This document shows positions 28,656-38,858 of a stretch of DNA of 64,000 nt, piece after piece. The position numbers and the translations under genes were made by a program. The stretch's first letter is position 1. Every line of letters starts with the position of its first letter. Under the pieces are notes generated by a model that ran no database searches, was not told where the DNA came from, and saw nothing but the letters and a program-made list of their open reading frames with translations. Origin of the DNA: Alphaproteobacteria bacterium (GTDB lineage: Bacteria > Pseudomonadota > Alphaproteobacteria > RF32 > CAG-239); assembly GCA_017464685.1 (NCBI GenBank), contig JAFTYO010000022.1, forward strand, positions 2,836 to 66,835, in the 5' to 3' direction.

Positions 28656-31547
28656 ATGATTACGGCAGAAGAAATAAGAGCGAAATATTGGGCTTTAGAA
28701 GTGCTGTCCTCACATAACCAAGAGGACATTAACAGCATTTCAGGCTCACTCGGCACATCTAAAATTGATTTGAATCCGCATCAGATTAATGCGGCGCTGT
28801 TTGCTTTGCAATCGCCTATATCGCAAGGCGTCATCTTAGCCGATGAAGTCGGTCTCGGTAAAACAATTGAAGCCGGAATTGTCATTTCAGAGTATTACTC
28901 ACGCGGCAAAAATTCAATAATTGTTGTTGCTCCTGCCAGTTTATGCCAACAATGGCAAACAGAAATGCAGGACAAATTTAATTTGCCGACACAAATTTTA
29001 GATAGCAAAATTATACATTCTGCCTTAAAAAATGAAGATACTGCCGTTTTGCAGTTTAAGGGCATAACAATTTGCTCTTATAACTGCGCCGTTCAATTCA
29101 AAAAAATAATGAAAGACCGCGATTGGGATTTGGTCGTTATTGATGAAGCTCATAAACTGCGCAACTTTTATAAAGGCAAGACTAAAATTGCCGAAGGCAT
29201 TAACGAAACTTTTCTCGGCAAGAAAAAATTACTTTTGACAGCGACGCCTATTCAAAATTCGCTCATGGACATTTTTTCACTTGTCAGCATTATAGACCCG
29301 AGCATTTTAGGCAATGAATATTCTTTTATGGAAAATTACCTTTATTCCGAGCAGCATCACGAAGAGCTTAAACGCCGCTTACAATGTGTTTTGCATAGAA
29401 CTTTGCGCCGTGATGTCTTAGAATATATTAAATATACCAATCGTGAAGCTATGACTGTCGCTTTTAATCCCACAAAAGCCGAAGAAGAACTTTATACTGC
29501 CGTTTCGGCTTATATTCAGGATATTTCGCAAATTGCTATTACGACACGCTTCAGAACGCTTATTGTGCTGATGATACGCAAATTGATGAGTTCTTCAACT
29601 GCGGCGGTCAAAGGAACACTTAAAGGCTTAATGAATCGCTTAAATACTCTTGAAAAGTCAAGCGGCAGCCTTGATAAGCTCGCTAACTTTATGTTTGACG
29701 AAGACCTTTTAAGCGAATACGAAGATAATATTGAAGATTTTGAACTCAAGCAAGCACTCAATAAGCCGAGCTTCAAAAAAGAAGATATAAAAGCAGAAAA
29801 AGAATTTTTGCAAAAATTGATTGATAAAGCCGCAAAAATCAAAGTTGACGGCAAGACCGAAAAGCTGATTGGCGCTATTGAACAAGGTTTTGAAAAAATA
29901 CAAGCCAAAGGCGGACTTCGCAAAGCTATTATCTTTACCGAAAGCAATCGTACGCTGAATTACCTCTATGATTATTTAAGCTCGCACGGTTTTAAGGACA
30001 AAATCGTTACCTTTAACGGTCAGAATAATTCGCCGCTTACCAATCAGATTTACAACGATTACGTCGAGAAACATTCATCAGATTTGACCGGTTCGCGCAC
30101 TAATGATATGAAAAAGGCGCTTGTTACGAAATTCAAAGAAGATGCTGAGATTATGATCGCTACCGAAGCGGCTGCCGAAGGCTTAAACCTGCAATTCTGC
30201 TCTTTGCTTGTCAACTATGACTTGCCATGGAATCCGCAACGTGTAGAGCAGCGTATCGGGCGCGTGCATCGTTATGGGCAAAAATGCGATGTCGTTATTA
30301 TCAACTTTATCAATAAGAAAAACGTTGCCGATGTTCGACTTTATGAGATTTTGCAACAAAAATTCAAATTATTTGACGGCGTATTCGGCGCAAGTGATGA
30401 GATTTTAGGCACATTGTCCGACGGCGTTGACTTTGAACGTGCCGTTGCCGATATTTTTGACCTTTGCCGCACGACCGAAGAAATAAATCGTGCCTTTGAC
30501 GAGCTGCAAGAAAGATTGGGCGTTAAACGCGAAGAAAAAATAGAAGAAGCCAAGCAGCTTGTTTTAGAGAATTTAAGCCCGACAACACAAGAAAAACTGC
30601 ATATTATGAAACAGCGCGTTGAAGATTATTTAGAGCGCCGCAAGCAGATTTTCTGGGATTTGACTGTTGTAATGCTTAAAAAATATCATCCTGAAATGTT
30701 TATCAACGAGCATACAAAAGTTTTCGGACAGTTTAAGGAGCAAGTATTCAATCTGCCGTCAGAGATTAACTTTGCTAAAAGCTTCAACTATTGCTTAAAC
30801 TTTAATAAACGCGAAATCAATCGAGATTTATTGTTGCCGAAAGAGCGCAAAGCCTTAAATCGTTCAGCAACGACTTATAATCCTGATTCCGGCTTCGGTA
30901 AGCGTATTTTGAGCGAAGCATTAAATTTGACTGCTGAGCCTTTACACTTGCAATTAAATCCGTCAGATAAATTAAAATCAGGGCAAAAAGGGCGTTTAGA
31001 GCTGTCTTTATTTAAGATGACGCAACCCGAGGACGTCAATTATTTAATAACGACAATAATGTCCGACAGCGGCAATTTACTGAATTTGCGGGCAGAAGAT
31101 ATTTTTGATAATGCCATCAATGTTGAAGAGCCGCTTTTAATGGGCTATCACGACTTATTAAGTCAAATTCACGAGCAAAACATTGCAAAATATGAAAAGT
31201 CTGAAAAAAAGCGCATTGACAATATTTTGCGTGCCGAAGTCGATAAGCTTAATCGTTGGCTGATAGATGAAAAGCAAGCCATACACTTGAAAGGCGATAA
31301 ACTTAAAAATAAGATTACGAGCCTTAAGCGGCAGCTAAAGCAAGAGAAAAATTTTGATGCCAAGCTTGCCATAAGTGTCGAGATTAAAAAGCTGCAAGAA
31401 GAAATGAACAACAACGAGTTCAATACTTTTGATACCGAGCGCGAGCTTGAAAAGAAATGTAATCGCCTCGTTGGCGGCAAAAAGCGCAGCTTAAAGATAG
31501 ATTACAGCATCGAGCCGATATTTGATATTACTTGGGAAGTTGAGTAG
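28656..31547 (+). CDS. SNF2-family helicase/ATPase with a ~400-aa coiled-coil C-terminal extension (963 aa)
   Basis: Motifs I (LADEVGLGKTIEAG), II (VVIDEAHKLRN), III (LLLTATPIQNS) and VI (QRIGRVHRYGQ) are present. The ATPase begins ~40 aa from the N-terminus. Confidence 0.85.
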   Translation: MITAEEIRAKYWALEVLSSHNQEDINSISGSLGTSKIDLNPHQINAALFALQSPISQGVILADEVGLGKTIEAGIVISEYYSRGKNSIIVVAPASLCQQWQTEMQDKFNLPTQILDSKIIHSALKNEDTAVLQFKGITICSYNCAVQFKKIMKDRDWDLVVIDEAHKLRNFYKGKTKIAEGINETFLGKKKLLLTATPIQNSLMDIFSLVSIIDPSILGNEYSFMENYLYSEQHHEELKRRLQCVLHRTLRRDVLEYIKYTNREAMTVAFNPTKAEEELYTAVSAYIQDISQIAITTRFRTLIVLMIRKLMSSSTAAVKGTLKGLMNRLNTLEKSSGSLDKLANFMFDEDLLSEYEDNIEDFELKQALNKPSFKKEDIKAEKEFLQKLIDKAAKIKVDGKTEKLIGAIEQGFEKIQAKGGLRKAIIFTESNRTLNYLYDYLSSHGFKDKIVTFNGQNNSPLTNQIYNDYVEKHSSDLTGSRTNDMKKALVTKFKEDAEIMIATEAAAEGLNLQFCSLLVNYDLPWNPQRVEQRIGRVHRYGQKCDVVIINFINKKNVADVRLYEILQQKFKLFDGVFGASDEILGTLSDGVDFERAVADIFDLCRTTEEINRAFDELQERLGVKREEKIEEAKQLVLENLSPTTQEKLHIMKQRVEDYLERRKQIFWDLTVVMLKKYHPEMFINEHTKVFGQFKEQVFNLPSEINFAKSFNYCLNFNKREINRDLLLPKERKALNRSATTYNPDSGFGKRILSEALNLTAEPLHLQLNPSDKLKSGQKGRLELSLFKMTQPEDVNYLITTIMSDSGNLLNLRAEDIFDNAINVEEPLLMGYHDLLSQIHEQNIAKYEKSEKKRIDNILRAEVDKLNRWLIDEKQAIHLKGDKLKNKITSLKRQLKQEKNFDAKLAISVEIKKLQEEMNNNEFNTFDTERELEKKCNRLVGGKKRSLKIDYSIEPIFDITWEVE

Positions 31548-31986
31548 ATTTTTGCTCTTGTGTAAATTTTCTTGCTATAAAGAAAGCATCAATAACTTCG
31601 TAAAACATTAAGAAATATAAGCTGAATAACAACACCTCAACTCCTTTAATAATATACTCCACCCATAAATTATCATAATATTCGTCAGGCGTAGCAACAA
31701 AGCATATTATCTGAAATCCATATATAATTAGCATTGTCAAAATATTCTTTTTCAAGGTTTTTTGCGTATTTAGACACTTGGTTTCAAATTTTTCCTGTAT
31801 ATTATCAAAAATCACTGTAAAGGCAGTCACAACCCCTACATATATAGCTAACATATTGCCCATTATGGCAAGAGATTCCTTCTCCATAAATTTTTGAAGA
31901 AATCCGTTATCAATATTATAATCTAAAATGAGTATAGGAAAAACTATACCGACAATAATCCCGGATAAAATACAAAACGTTCTCAT
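31528..31986 (-). CDS. small 4-TM membrane protein (152 aa), last gene of the Res-Mod operon
   Basis: Four hydrophobic helices. Its start is 1 nt after the upstream stop, and its 3' end overlaps the convergent SNF2 gene by 20 nt. Confidence 0.45.
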   Translation of the reverse strand: MRTFCILSGIIVGIVFPILILDYNIDNGFLQKFMEKESLAIMGNMLAIYVGVVTAFTVIFDNIQEKFETKCLNTQKTLKKNILTMLIIYGFQIICFVATPDEYYDNLWVEYIIKGVEVLLFSLYFLMFYEVIDAFFIARKFTQEQKSTQLPK

Positions 31987-31987
31987 G

Positions 31988-32878
31988 CTATTTCCTCAAT
32001 AAAATGTTCATTATCCCAGTTAATTGCTCTTTTGTTAAATTTTGACCGCGCAATGTAATATCCGTATCAACAAAAGATTCTGTTTTTATAGTATCATTAC
32101 TTGATATTGCTTTCTTTTTATTCCCTTTAAATTGTAGTTTAAATGTGCCTGCTCCTAAATCTACATATTCGGCACTTTCTTTGAGAAGTTTGTTGTTTTC
32201 TGATAAAGTTAAATTTCCATCCGTGTTTTCCATACTTATTTGAACTTTTGTAGAATTAAACTCTCCGGCAACAGATCTTAAGTCATTTTCTAATGATGAT
32301 TTAAGGTCTAGCAGGTTCGGTGGAATATAAGAAAATGTAATTTTTTTAATTTTACCTTCATTTTCTTTTACAACATTCCAAAATAAAGTTTTTTCAGAAG
32401 GTATGGAATTTATTGTTAAGAAAAATCCATATTTCTGTATATCTCTGTTAATAGCAGAAGCTAAATTTTGCAATACAGAAGCCCTATATTTCATATCCAC
32501 ATTATTAACTTGCACTAATAAAAGCTGTCCTTTTTTCGCAGTTTCTCCGCTATTGTGTTCGTTTGATAAATTTATGAATATATCGCACCCTGGCCAATCT
32601 TCAATTTCTCTTGTTTTAAAGCCTTCTTCAGGCGCTGTTCTTATATTCTTTTTAACTCGTTTACCAATATTGGCAAACACATACGAGCCTTCTTTTTGCT
32701 TTATATAAAGACAATAATCTTTTTCTCTACTTCTAAATTTATATGTTTTATCTGGTGAAAACATATCATCAATAACTTCTTCTCTTGTTTTTTGCTGACA
32801 AAAGGGAAGTTCAGGTTCCTCAATTGGGGTTAGAAAAAATCTATAATATTCAAAAAGTTCTTTAGAATTATTAGTCAT
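31988..32878 (-). CDS. hypothetical protein (296 aa) directly downstream of mod
   Basis: No recognisable motif. A 3-nt gap separates it from the mod stop. Confidence 0.4.
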   Translation of the reverse strand: MTNNSKELFEYYRFFLTPIEEPELPFCQQKTREEVIDDMFSPDKTYKFRSREKDYCLYIKQKEGSYVFANIGKRVKKNIRTAPEEGFKTREIEDWPGCDIFINLSNEHNSGETAKKGQLLLVQVNNVDMKYRASVLQNLASAINRDIQKYGFFLTINSIPSEKTLFWNVVKENEGKIKKITFSYIPPNLLDLKSSLENDLRSVAGEFNSTKVQISMENTDGNLTLSENNKLLKESAEYVDLGAGTFKLQFKGNKKKAISSNDTIKTESFVDTDITLRGQNLTKEQLTGIMNILLRK

Positions 32879-32881
32879 ATT

Positions 32882-34546
32882 CTATTCTTCCTCTTCTTCA
32901 AATTCAAAATCTTCGTCGGTTGGTGTGTATTTGCTGAGGTTGAGAGGGTAGCCTTCGCGACCCCATTCGCATTTTTTCAAAATTGCCGACGGGATTTTTT
33001 TAACAGTAATGTTCGGATAAGCATTTTTATTGCCGACAAAGGCGCTGCAACAAATAAGCAAATTATCGTTGCCGACTTCTGTTGCTAACTTGCCTAAAGA
33101 TTCCTCTTGCACGCTCATTGTCGTGGTATAAATAAAGCTCTTTTCAGAAGAAAAGCCCTGTTTCCAATACTTTTCAGCGTCCGGCTTATAATGATAGCCC
33201 AAAATCTTACACATTGCCTCAGCGAGCATATCAGCGTTGTATTTGTCCGAAATAATCTGCTGTCCGTATTTGTCTTTGACGATTAAAGATGATGCTAATT
33301 CATAGAATTTGAAACCGCCGCCACAAAGCCAACCGGTTGATTTTGTGACACCTGTGGAATCATTACCGGTAATAATTTCTTGCAGTCGTGGTATACAATG
33401 CGTATAAACATGGTCGCCCATTTCTACACCTATCCAACGACGCCCCATTTTATGCGCCACCGCCGCTGTTGTTCCCGAACCTAAAAAGCTATCAAGAACC
33501 AAATCTCCCGGTTTTGTCGACATTTCTAAAATTCTTTTAATTTGAACTTCCGGTTTTTTACTTTTAGCAAACGTTACTCCACCTTCACGCGCAATCCCTT
33601 GATAGTTCATATCATCCCATATATTTGTTACCAACTCTGCTGTTGTTAATTTTCCATCAATCATATGTAATTTATCTTTATAAAACAGTATTCTATTACC
33701 TTTATAAAGGTAAATATCTGGGTATCCCTCTCTTTTTTGTAAATATATTTTGTTGTCTTTCTTAGATAAATCAATAAGTTGTCTTGTTTCTTGTCCTACT
33801 GCTTTATAATCAGGCTGAGCAAATCTGATAATTTGGTTTGCATAACTGTTAAAATCTTTATCTAATGAAAATTTATATTTTTGCATAGCTTCTTTTAAAG
33901 GTATAAAACTCCAATTTTCAAAACCGCTATCGTAATTTTCAATAAATTGTGAATATGCTTTGTCATACTCACGAGCTTTGTAAACTGGTTGATAAACCCA
34001 TTTTTCTTTATTTTTTGCATATGTTAACATCAAATCGCAAACTTGAACAGGTGTAGGATTAATTGCTTTATGACCTGTTGCAGCCCCCCTTTTGATAGTT
34101 GTCATTATAATAAAATTTTTTCTACCGAAAATCTCATCACAAAGAACTTTTAAGTAATGTCCTTCGTTTTCATCGATTGAAATCCAAATACTCCCGTCTT
34201 CTGTGAGTAATTTTCTCAAAATTTCTAATCTATCACGCATTAAAGATAGCCAAATTGAATGTTCTAAACCATCATCATAATACAAAAAGGCACTTCCGGT
34301 GTTATATGGCGGATCAATATAAATACACTTAACTTTGCCGGTATAATCCTGCTCCAAAGCCTTCAACGCCAACAAATTATCACCATGAATTAGCATATTA
34401 TCGTAAGTCGGCTGAACTGAACCTTTTTCAGTCGGCTCAAAGGAAAATGACTTTTCCTTATCTTCAAGCAAAATACGTGGCTCTGGGTTAAATCTGTCTT
34501 CTTTCCCCGGCCATGTTAACTCTAATCTTGTCAATTTCTCAGTCAT
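32882..34546 (-). CDS. mod: Type III restriction-modification Mod subunit (beta-class N6-adenine DNA methyltransferase)
   Basis: Motif IV (IYIDPPYN) lies N-terminal to motif I (DSFLGSGTTAAVA), the beta-class order. The likely true start is MTEKLTRLELTWPGK at 34546, overlapping the upstream stop as ATGA. Confidence 0.8.
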   Translation of the reverse strand: MTEKLTRLELTWPGKEDRFNPEPRILLEDKEKSFSFEPTEKGSVQPTYDNMLIHGDNLLALKALEQDYTGKVKCIYIDPPYNTGSAFLYYDDGLEHSIWLSLMRDRLEILRKLLTEDGSIWISIDENEGHYLKVLCDEIFGRKNFIIMTTIKRGAATGHKAINPTPVQVCDLMLTYAKNKEKWVYQPVYKAREYDKAYSQFIENYDSGFENWSFIPLKEAMQKYKFSLDKDFNSYANQIIRFAQPDYKAVGQETRQLIDLSKKDNKIYLQKREGYPDIYLYKGNRILFYKDKLHMIDGKLTTAELVTNIWDDMNYQGIAREGGVTFAKSKKPEVQIKRILEMSTKPGDLVLDSFLGSGTTAAVAHKMGRRWIGVEMGDHVYTHCIPRLQEIITGNDSTGVTKSTGWLCGGGFKFYELASSLIVKDKYGQQIISDKYNADMLAEAMCKILGYHYKPDAEKYWKQGFSSEKSFIYTTTMSVQEESLGKLATEVGNDNLLICCSAFVGNKNAYPNITVKKIPSAILKKCEWGREGYPLNLSKYTPTDEDFEFEEEEE

Positions 34547-34925
34547 TCTTTTGTTCTTTCTTAAGTTGTTGTGCCAATTCCAAAATTTTTTCTTCACTTT
34601 CCAAACAGTTATCTGCCTCTTCCATGAATTTATAACAATCCTCTAAACTAACCGGAGAGGCAGGAACATTGTTAATGGGATTTATGGGTAACGTTCTTAA
34701 TTTTGAAATTTTGTATAACAATAATGTTATAGGATGATTAATTTCATTATCATCAATATGCAACGGAGTCCTTGTGTAAGTGTTAGCTACTTCAAATCCA
34801 AAAATAAGCATAAAATTAAAAAGCTCATTTTCTGAACCGTATTTGTTCATCAGCTTTATAGCCTTCCTCATAACAGATTCAAACTTATCTTTTAGCTTTT
34901 CTTCTAACTCTTGCTCTGTCATCAT
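34539..34925 (-). CDS. hypothetical protein (~128 aa) between rhuM and mod
   Basis: ATGA overlaps at both ends: the RhuM stop overlaps its start, and its stop overlaps the mod start. Confidence 0.35.
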   Translation of the reverse strand: MMTEQELEEKLKDKFESVMRKAIKLMNKYGSENELFNFMLIFGFEVANTYTRTPLHIDDNEINHPITLLLYKISKLRTLPINPINNVPASPVSLEDCYKFMEEADNCLESEEKILELAQQLKKEQKND

Positions 34926-35977
34926 TTTTGTTCCTTTTTCTTTGCCCAATCTTCAAGCTCTAAAAAGCGGTCAAAGTCACTTTGATACAGCTTATCTTGA
35001 ATAATCCGATATTTTTCAAACTCTGTTTCAGCGTGTTGTTTAGCCAGCTCTGCCGAAACTTTACCGGCGTCTTGCAAAATTTTATGGTCTAACATTGTTA
35101 AAAAGCCGTTTAAGCGTTGTTCCCAATCTTCCATTGTCATAGGAATATGGCGCATAGCCATTAACTCTGCCGTATCTAAGTAGGCGTTCACAATTCGCTC
35201 TAATTGCTTTAATTCAAACTCAGTCAAATAGTTTTTAGCAATAACTACATCATATTTGTGAATTTTGCTATCTGGAGCACCTTCCCATGTCGTCAAGCCC
35301 ATATGCTCTTTTTCTGCATCGGCACGGTCATAAATCACTTCTGCCGCAGTTTGCCCATGCACCGCATAATGCAATTTATTTTGAACTGCCGCAAAAAAGC
35401 GTTTTGTCGCTGTTGCCGTTGCGTCATAATCTACGGCGGTTGCGTAAATGTCTGTTACTTTTTGATAAAATCTGCGCTCAGATAAACGAATTTCGCGGAT
35501 TTTTTCTAATTGCTTTTCAAAATAATCTTGTGTTAATACTGAGCCGCCTTGCTTTAAGCGCTCAACGTCCATTACCCAGCCTTGAATGGTATAATCCTTA
35601 ACAATTTGATTTGCCCACTTACGAAATTGTACCGCGCGCTCGTTATTGACTTTGAAGCCGACGGCAATAATCATTTGCAAATTATAATGTGCAACTTCGC
35701 GCGAAATTTGACGATTACCCTCATTTTGAACTATTAAGTATTTCTTAATAGTTGCATCTTCTGACAATTCATTGTCGTCATAAATTTTCTTAATATGTTG
35801 ATTTATTGCAGAGACAGAAACATCATAAAGTGTCGCCATCATTTTTTGCGTAAGCCAGATATTCTCATTTTCATAGCGCATTTCAACACTTATCGGGTTA
35901 TCACCGGTTGCAGCTATAAATGTTAAATATTCGGCTGCTGATGAACGAATTGTTATTTCTTGTTTTTTCTTTGCCAT
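34922..35977 (-). CDS. RhuM-family protein
   Basis: Characteristic RhuM N-terminal block (NIWLTQKMMATLYDVSVSAINQHIKKIYDDNEL ... YNLQMIIAVGFKVNNERAVQFRKWANQIV). Its start is 1 nt after the res stop. Confidence 0.75.
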   Translation of the reverse strand: MAKKKQEITIRSSAAEYLTFIAATGDNPISVEMRYENENIWLTQKMMATLYDVSVSAINQHIKKIYDDNELSEDATIKKYLIVQNEGNRQISREVAHYNLQMIIAVGFKVNNERAVQFRKWANQIVKDYTIQGWVMDVERLKQGGSVLTQDYFEKQLEKIREIRLSERRFYQKVTDIYATAVDYDATATATKRFFAAVQNKLHYAVHGQTAAEVIYDRADAEKEHMGLTTWEGAPDSKIHKYDVVIAKNYLTEFELKQLERIVNAYLDTAELMAMRHIPMTMEDWEQRLNGFLTMLDHKILQDAGKVSAELAKQHAETEFEKYRIIQDKLYQSDFDRFLELEDWAKKKEQK

Positions 35978-35978
35978 T

Positions 35979-38681
35979 TTATCTTGCCTCATAATCTCTT
36001 ACCAGTTTTTCAAAACTGCGGTCTAGGGTTACGGTATTATCAGGTATCAACAAATAATGCCAAGCTTTGCCGTTATGCTTTTTCTCAAAGTCCGTTGCAA
36101 TTTCGCACCACTTCAAAGCCGCTTCTTTCTTGGCTAATACTGTCTTGTCCGTCATTTGATTTGAAGCCTTCGTTTCAATCATATACTTGCCGCTGATTGT
36201 TTCGACGATAAAGTCAGGGTAATAATTATGAAGCTGACGCTCATCATCAGGATATTTGATATTAAATATCTCTTTTGCCCTGTCATTATTCGGCTTAAAC
36301 CATTTTAAAACTTCGCCGGCATTTTCTAAAATTTCAGAAAGGTCTTTCTCTGTTGACGAATCAAACTTTTGCTTATCAAACAGGCATTTCTTAAAGCCGG
36401 TAAAAATCATATTTTTAATTTTAGACTTGTCGTGAACAGAAGCACGATAGTCAAGCGGCGTTTCGCCTTCTCTTGCCAGCATTTTATATGATTCCGACGT
36501 TTGTGTGCCGTAGTCGCTGTCAACTTTAACAGTTAATTCCATTTTAGCCGGACATAAATGCGCTTTCATCTGCAGCATAATTTTATGTGCGATGTCAACG
36601 CCGTTCCAAAACAGAATTTTGCGTGTATTTTCTTCGCTACCCGAATAAGAGTTGATGTAGTCAATCGTCTGTCTCACGAGCTTTTGAATTAAGTCGGCAT
36701 TTTCTTGATAAGAAACAATCATTTCATCAACCAAAGGCACAAGCAAATAGTGTGTTATATCTTCATAGCGGTCAAAAAATTCGGCTTGCATTTCGTCGCG
36801 ACCATGCCCGATAATTTCTTGAATTATCATTTTTTGAGATTCCGGCTTATAGCCGTTAAAATCTGCCGTGTCTATATCAAAATCATAAAAGCTGAAACTG
36901 TTTAATTGACGATAAGTTTGGATAATTCTCGGGATATTAATCGTCATTTTAATAACTGTGTCGGTCATATTTTTAGCCGTTTGCGGTAAATCAACAGTTG
37001 CCTCTAACGAAAGCTCCGAATTTTCCAACTTCATATATTTGAGCTTTTGCTCAGCCAGTTCGACGATTTTTTCTTGATTTTCTTTGCTTTTCAAGTCCTC
37101 AGGATTAAGAACATAGCGTCCTGTTTCAGCAATAGCCTCGCGAACAGCTTCGCCGATTTTGCGATTATCTTCATTTGTAAACACCGGTAAAGTTGCTTGT
37201 TTAGGCTGTGGCTTCGGCACAATTATATTGCCGTTTTGCAGTTCTTCATCAATTTTACTGGTGCTTGTTTCGACTGTTTTGCCGATTAAGCCGTTATCGC
37301 TATTATCAATATATTCTTGCTGAAATTCAAAGGACTGGTCGCGAGCTGCTTTAATAATGTCAGCAAATTTATCATGCGCGACGACGTGCAAGCGGTCTAT
37401 GGCTTCATCGTCGGTCAACTTGCCGTAAGGTAAACGCAAGCCGCGTCCGATAGACTGTTCTACCAAAATTTTTGAATCTGCTGTTCTGAGCGGCACAATC
37501 GTATAAAGATTGTTTACATCCCAACCTTCGCCGAGCATATTGACGTGTATCACGATTTCAGTCAGCTCGTCAGCATCTTCTATTTGCAATAAGCGTTGCA
37601 AGACTTCGTCTTTTAGCTCGCCGTTTTGCTTAGAGTTAACGACAATTACCTTGTCTTTATAGCGTCCTTCTTCAAAATCATCGCTCTTTATTTTGGCTTC
37701 AATGGCTTCAGCATGAGCAATATCCTTAGCAATTATCATCATAAAAGGCTTAACTTTACGTACCTTTTTATTGTCCGCATAAACCGCCAATTCAGCCTTA
37801 ACGCTCTCATGCACTTGAATGCCGTCTTTGATTTTTAAGTCTTCTAATGTGTCTTCGTCATATTGATTTTTATTAAAATCTGTGCGTCCGACGATAGCAG
37901 GCTTTTTAACAAAGCCGTCTTTTATGGCGTGAGCGAGATTATACTCATAAGCAATATTTCTGAAAGGCTTACCTTTTGCGCCTGTTGACTTTGCCGTAGC
38001 AGTCAGCTCAATACCTAAAACAGGATTCAGCTCATTAATTGCCGCCATACCGGCATTTGCACGATAGCGATGCGCCTCGTCCATAATCAGCACTAAATCT
38101 TTTAAGCCGGACAAATAATCGAAATACGATTGCCCTAAATATTCTGCCATACGGCGAACTCTCGGCATACCGCGTGCGTCTTTGTCTGAATCAATTTTAG
38201 AAATGTTGAAAATATTGATACGCAAGCGGTCATCATTAGGATTATCAAACAAGCCGCCGACTTGATCATAGTCATCGCCTGTAATAATTTGCGGCGTGCC
38301 GACATAAGTATTAAGACCAGGAAAAACATATTTAGCTGTGTTTGGCGTAAAATCTGTTTTTAATTTATTATAAATTGTTAAGTTTGGTGCCAAGACCATA
38401 AAATTTTTGATACCACATTCGGCATGAAGATACGCAATCATTGCACCCATTAAGCGCGTTTTACCGACGCCTGTGGCGATTGCAAAGCATATACAAGGGA
38501 AAGCACGCTCAAAATCTTTGATTGACGGACGCACTTCTTGAATAAGACGTAAAGCCTCTAAAGTGTCCATATTCTTAGCCAAAGTTATCTTTTCTAAGAT
38601 ATTTACCAAAATATCAAGGCTGTCTGTTTGCGGCTGACGCAAAGAAAGAGCTTGATTAATCATACGCTGCGTTTCGTTCAT
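35979..38681 (-). CDS. res: Type III restriction enzyme Res subunit (SF2 helicase plus C-terminal PD-(D/E)xK nuclease), 900 aa
   Basis: Walker A (ATGVGKT), DEAH (IMDEAH) and motif VI (QSIGRGLRLPYG). The C-terminal nuclease motif is YPDFIVE...IETK. Confidence 0.75.
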   Translation of the reverse strand: MNETQRMINQALSLRQPQTDSLDILVNILEKITLAKNMDTLEALRLIQEVRPSIKDFERAFPCICFAIATGVGKTRLMGAMIAYLHAECGIKNFMVLAPNLTIYNKLKTDFTPNTAKYVFPGLNTYVGTPQIITGDDYDQVGGLFDNPNDDRLRINIFNISKIDSDKDARGMPRVRRMAEYLGQSYFDYLSGLKDLVLIMDEAHRYRANAGMAAINELNPVLGIELTATAKSTGAKGKPFRNIAYEYNLAHAIKDGFVKKPAIVGRTDFNKNQYDEDTLEDLKIKDGIQVHESVKAELAVYADNKKVRKVKPFMMIIAKDIAHAEAIEAKIKSDDFEEGRYKDKVIVVNSKQNGELKDEVLQRLLQIEDADELTEIVIHVNMLGEGWDVNNLYTIVPLRTADSKILVEQSIGRGLRLPYGKLTDDEAIDRLHVVAHDKFADIIKAARDQSFEFQQEYIDNSDNGLIGKTVETSTSKIDEELQNGNIIVPKPQPKQATLPVFTNEDNRKIGEAVREAIAETGRYVLNPEDLKSKENQEKIVELAEQKLKYMKLENSELSLEATVDLPQTAKNMTDTVIKMTINIPRIIQTYRQLNSFSFYDFDIDTADFNGYKPESQKMIIQEIIGHGRDEMQAEFFDRYEDITHYLLVPLVDEMIVSYQENADLIQKLVRQTIDYINSYSGSEENTRKILFWNGVDIAHKIMLQMKAHLCPAKMELTVKVDSDYGTQTSESYKMLAREGETPLDYRASVHDKSKIKNMIFTGFKKCLFDKQKFDSSTEKDLSEILENAGEVLKWFKPNNDRAKEIFNIKYPDDERQLHNYYPDFIVETISGKYMIETKASNQMTDKTVLAKKEAALKWCEIATDFEKKHNGKAWHYLLIPDNTVTLDRSFEKLVRDYEAR

Positions 38682-38858
38682 TTTTAGGCCTTTTAATGAA
38701 TTTTAACAATGCAGCCAGTTTACAAGAGATGTTTGATACTTGCAAGCCTTAGAGTCATTCAATAACAAGATTCTTTAAGTATAGAGCTTAAAAAAAGGCT
38801 TCACGCCCTAAGACATGAAGCCGACACAATAATAACACTAGTGTTAAGTTAACTTATT

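Noticed and set aside
28656-38681. Interpretation of the SNF2 helicase plus adenine methyltransferase as a DISARM system
   Set aside because: No DrmA (DUF1998-associated helicase), DrmB or PLD-nuclease DrmC genes are present. The methyltransferase and the 900-aa helicase-nuclease match Type III Mod/Res architecture instead.
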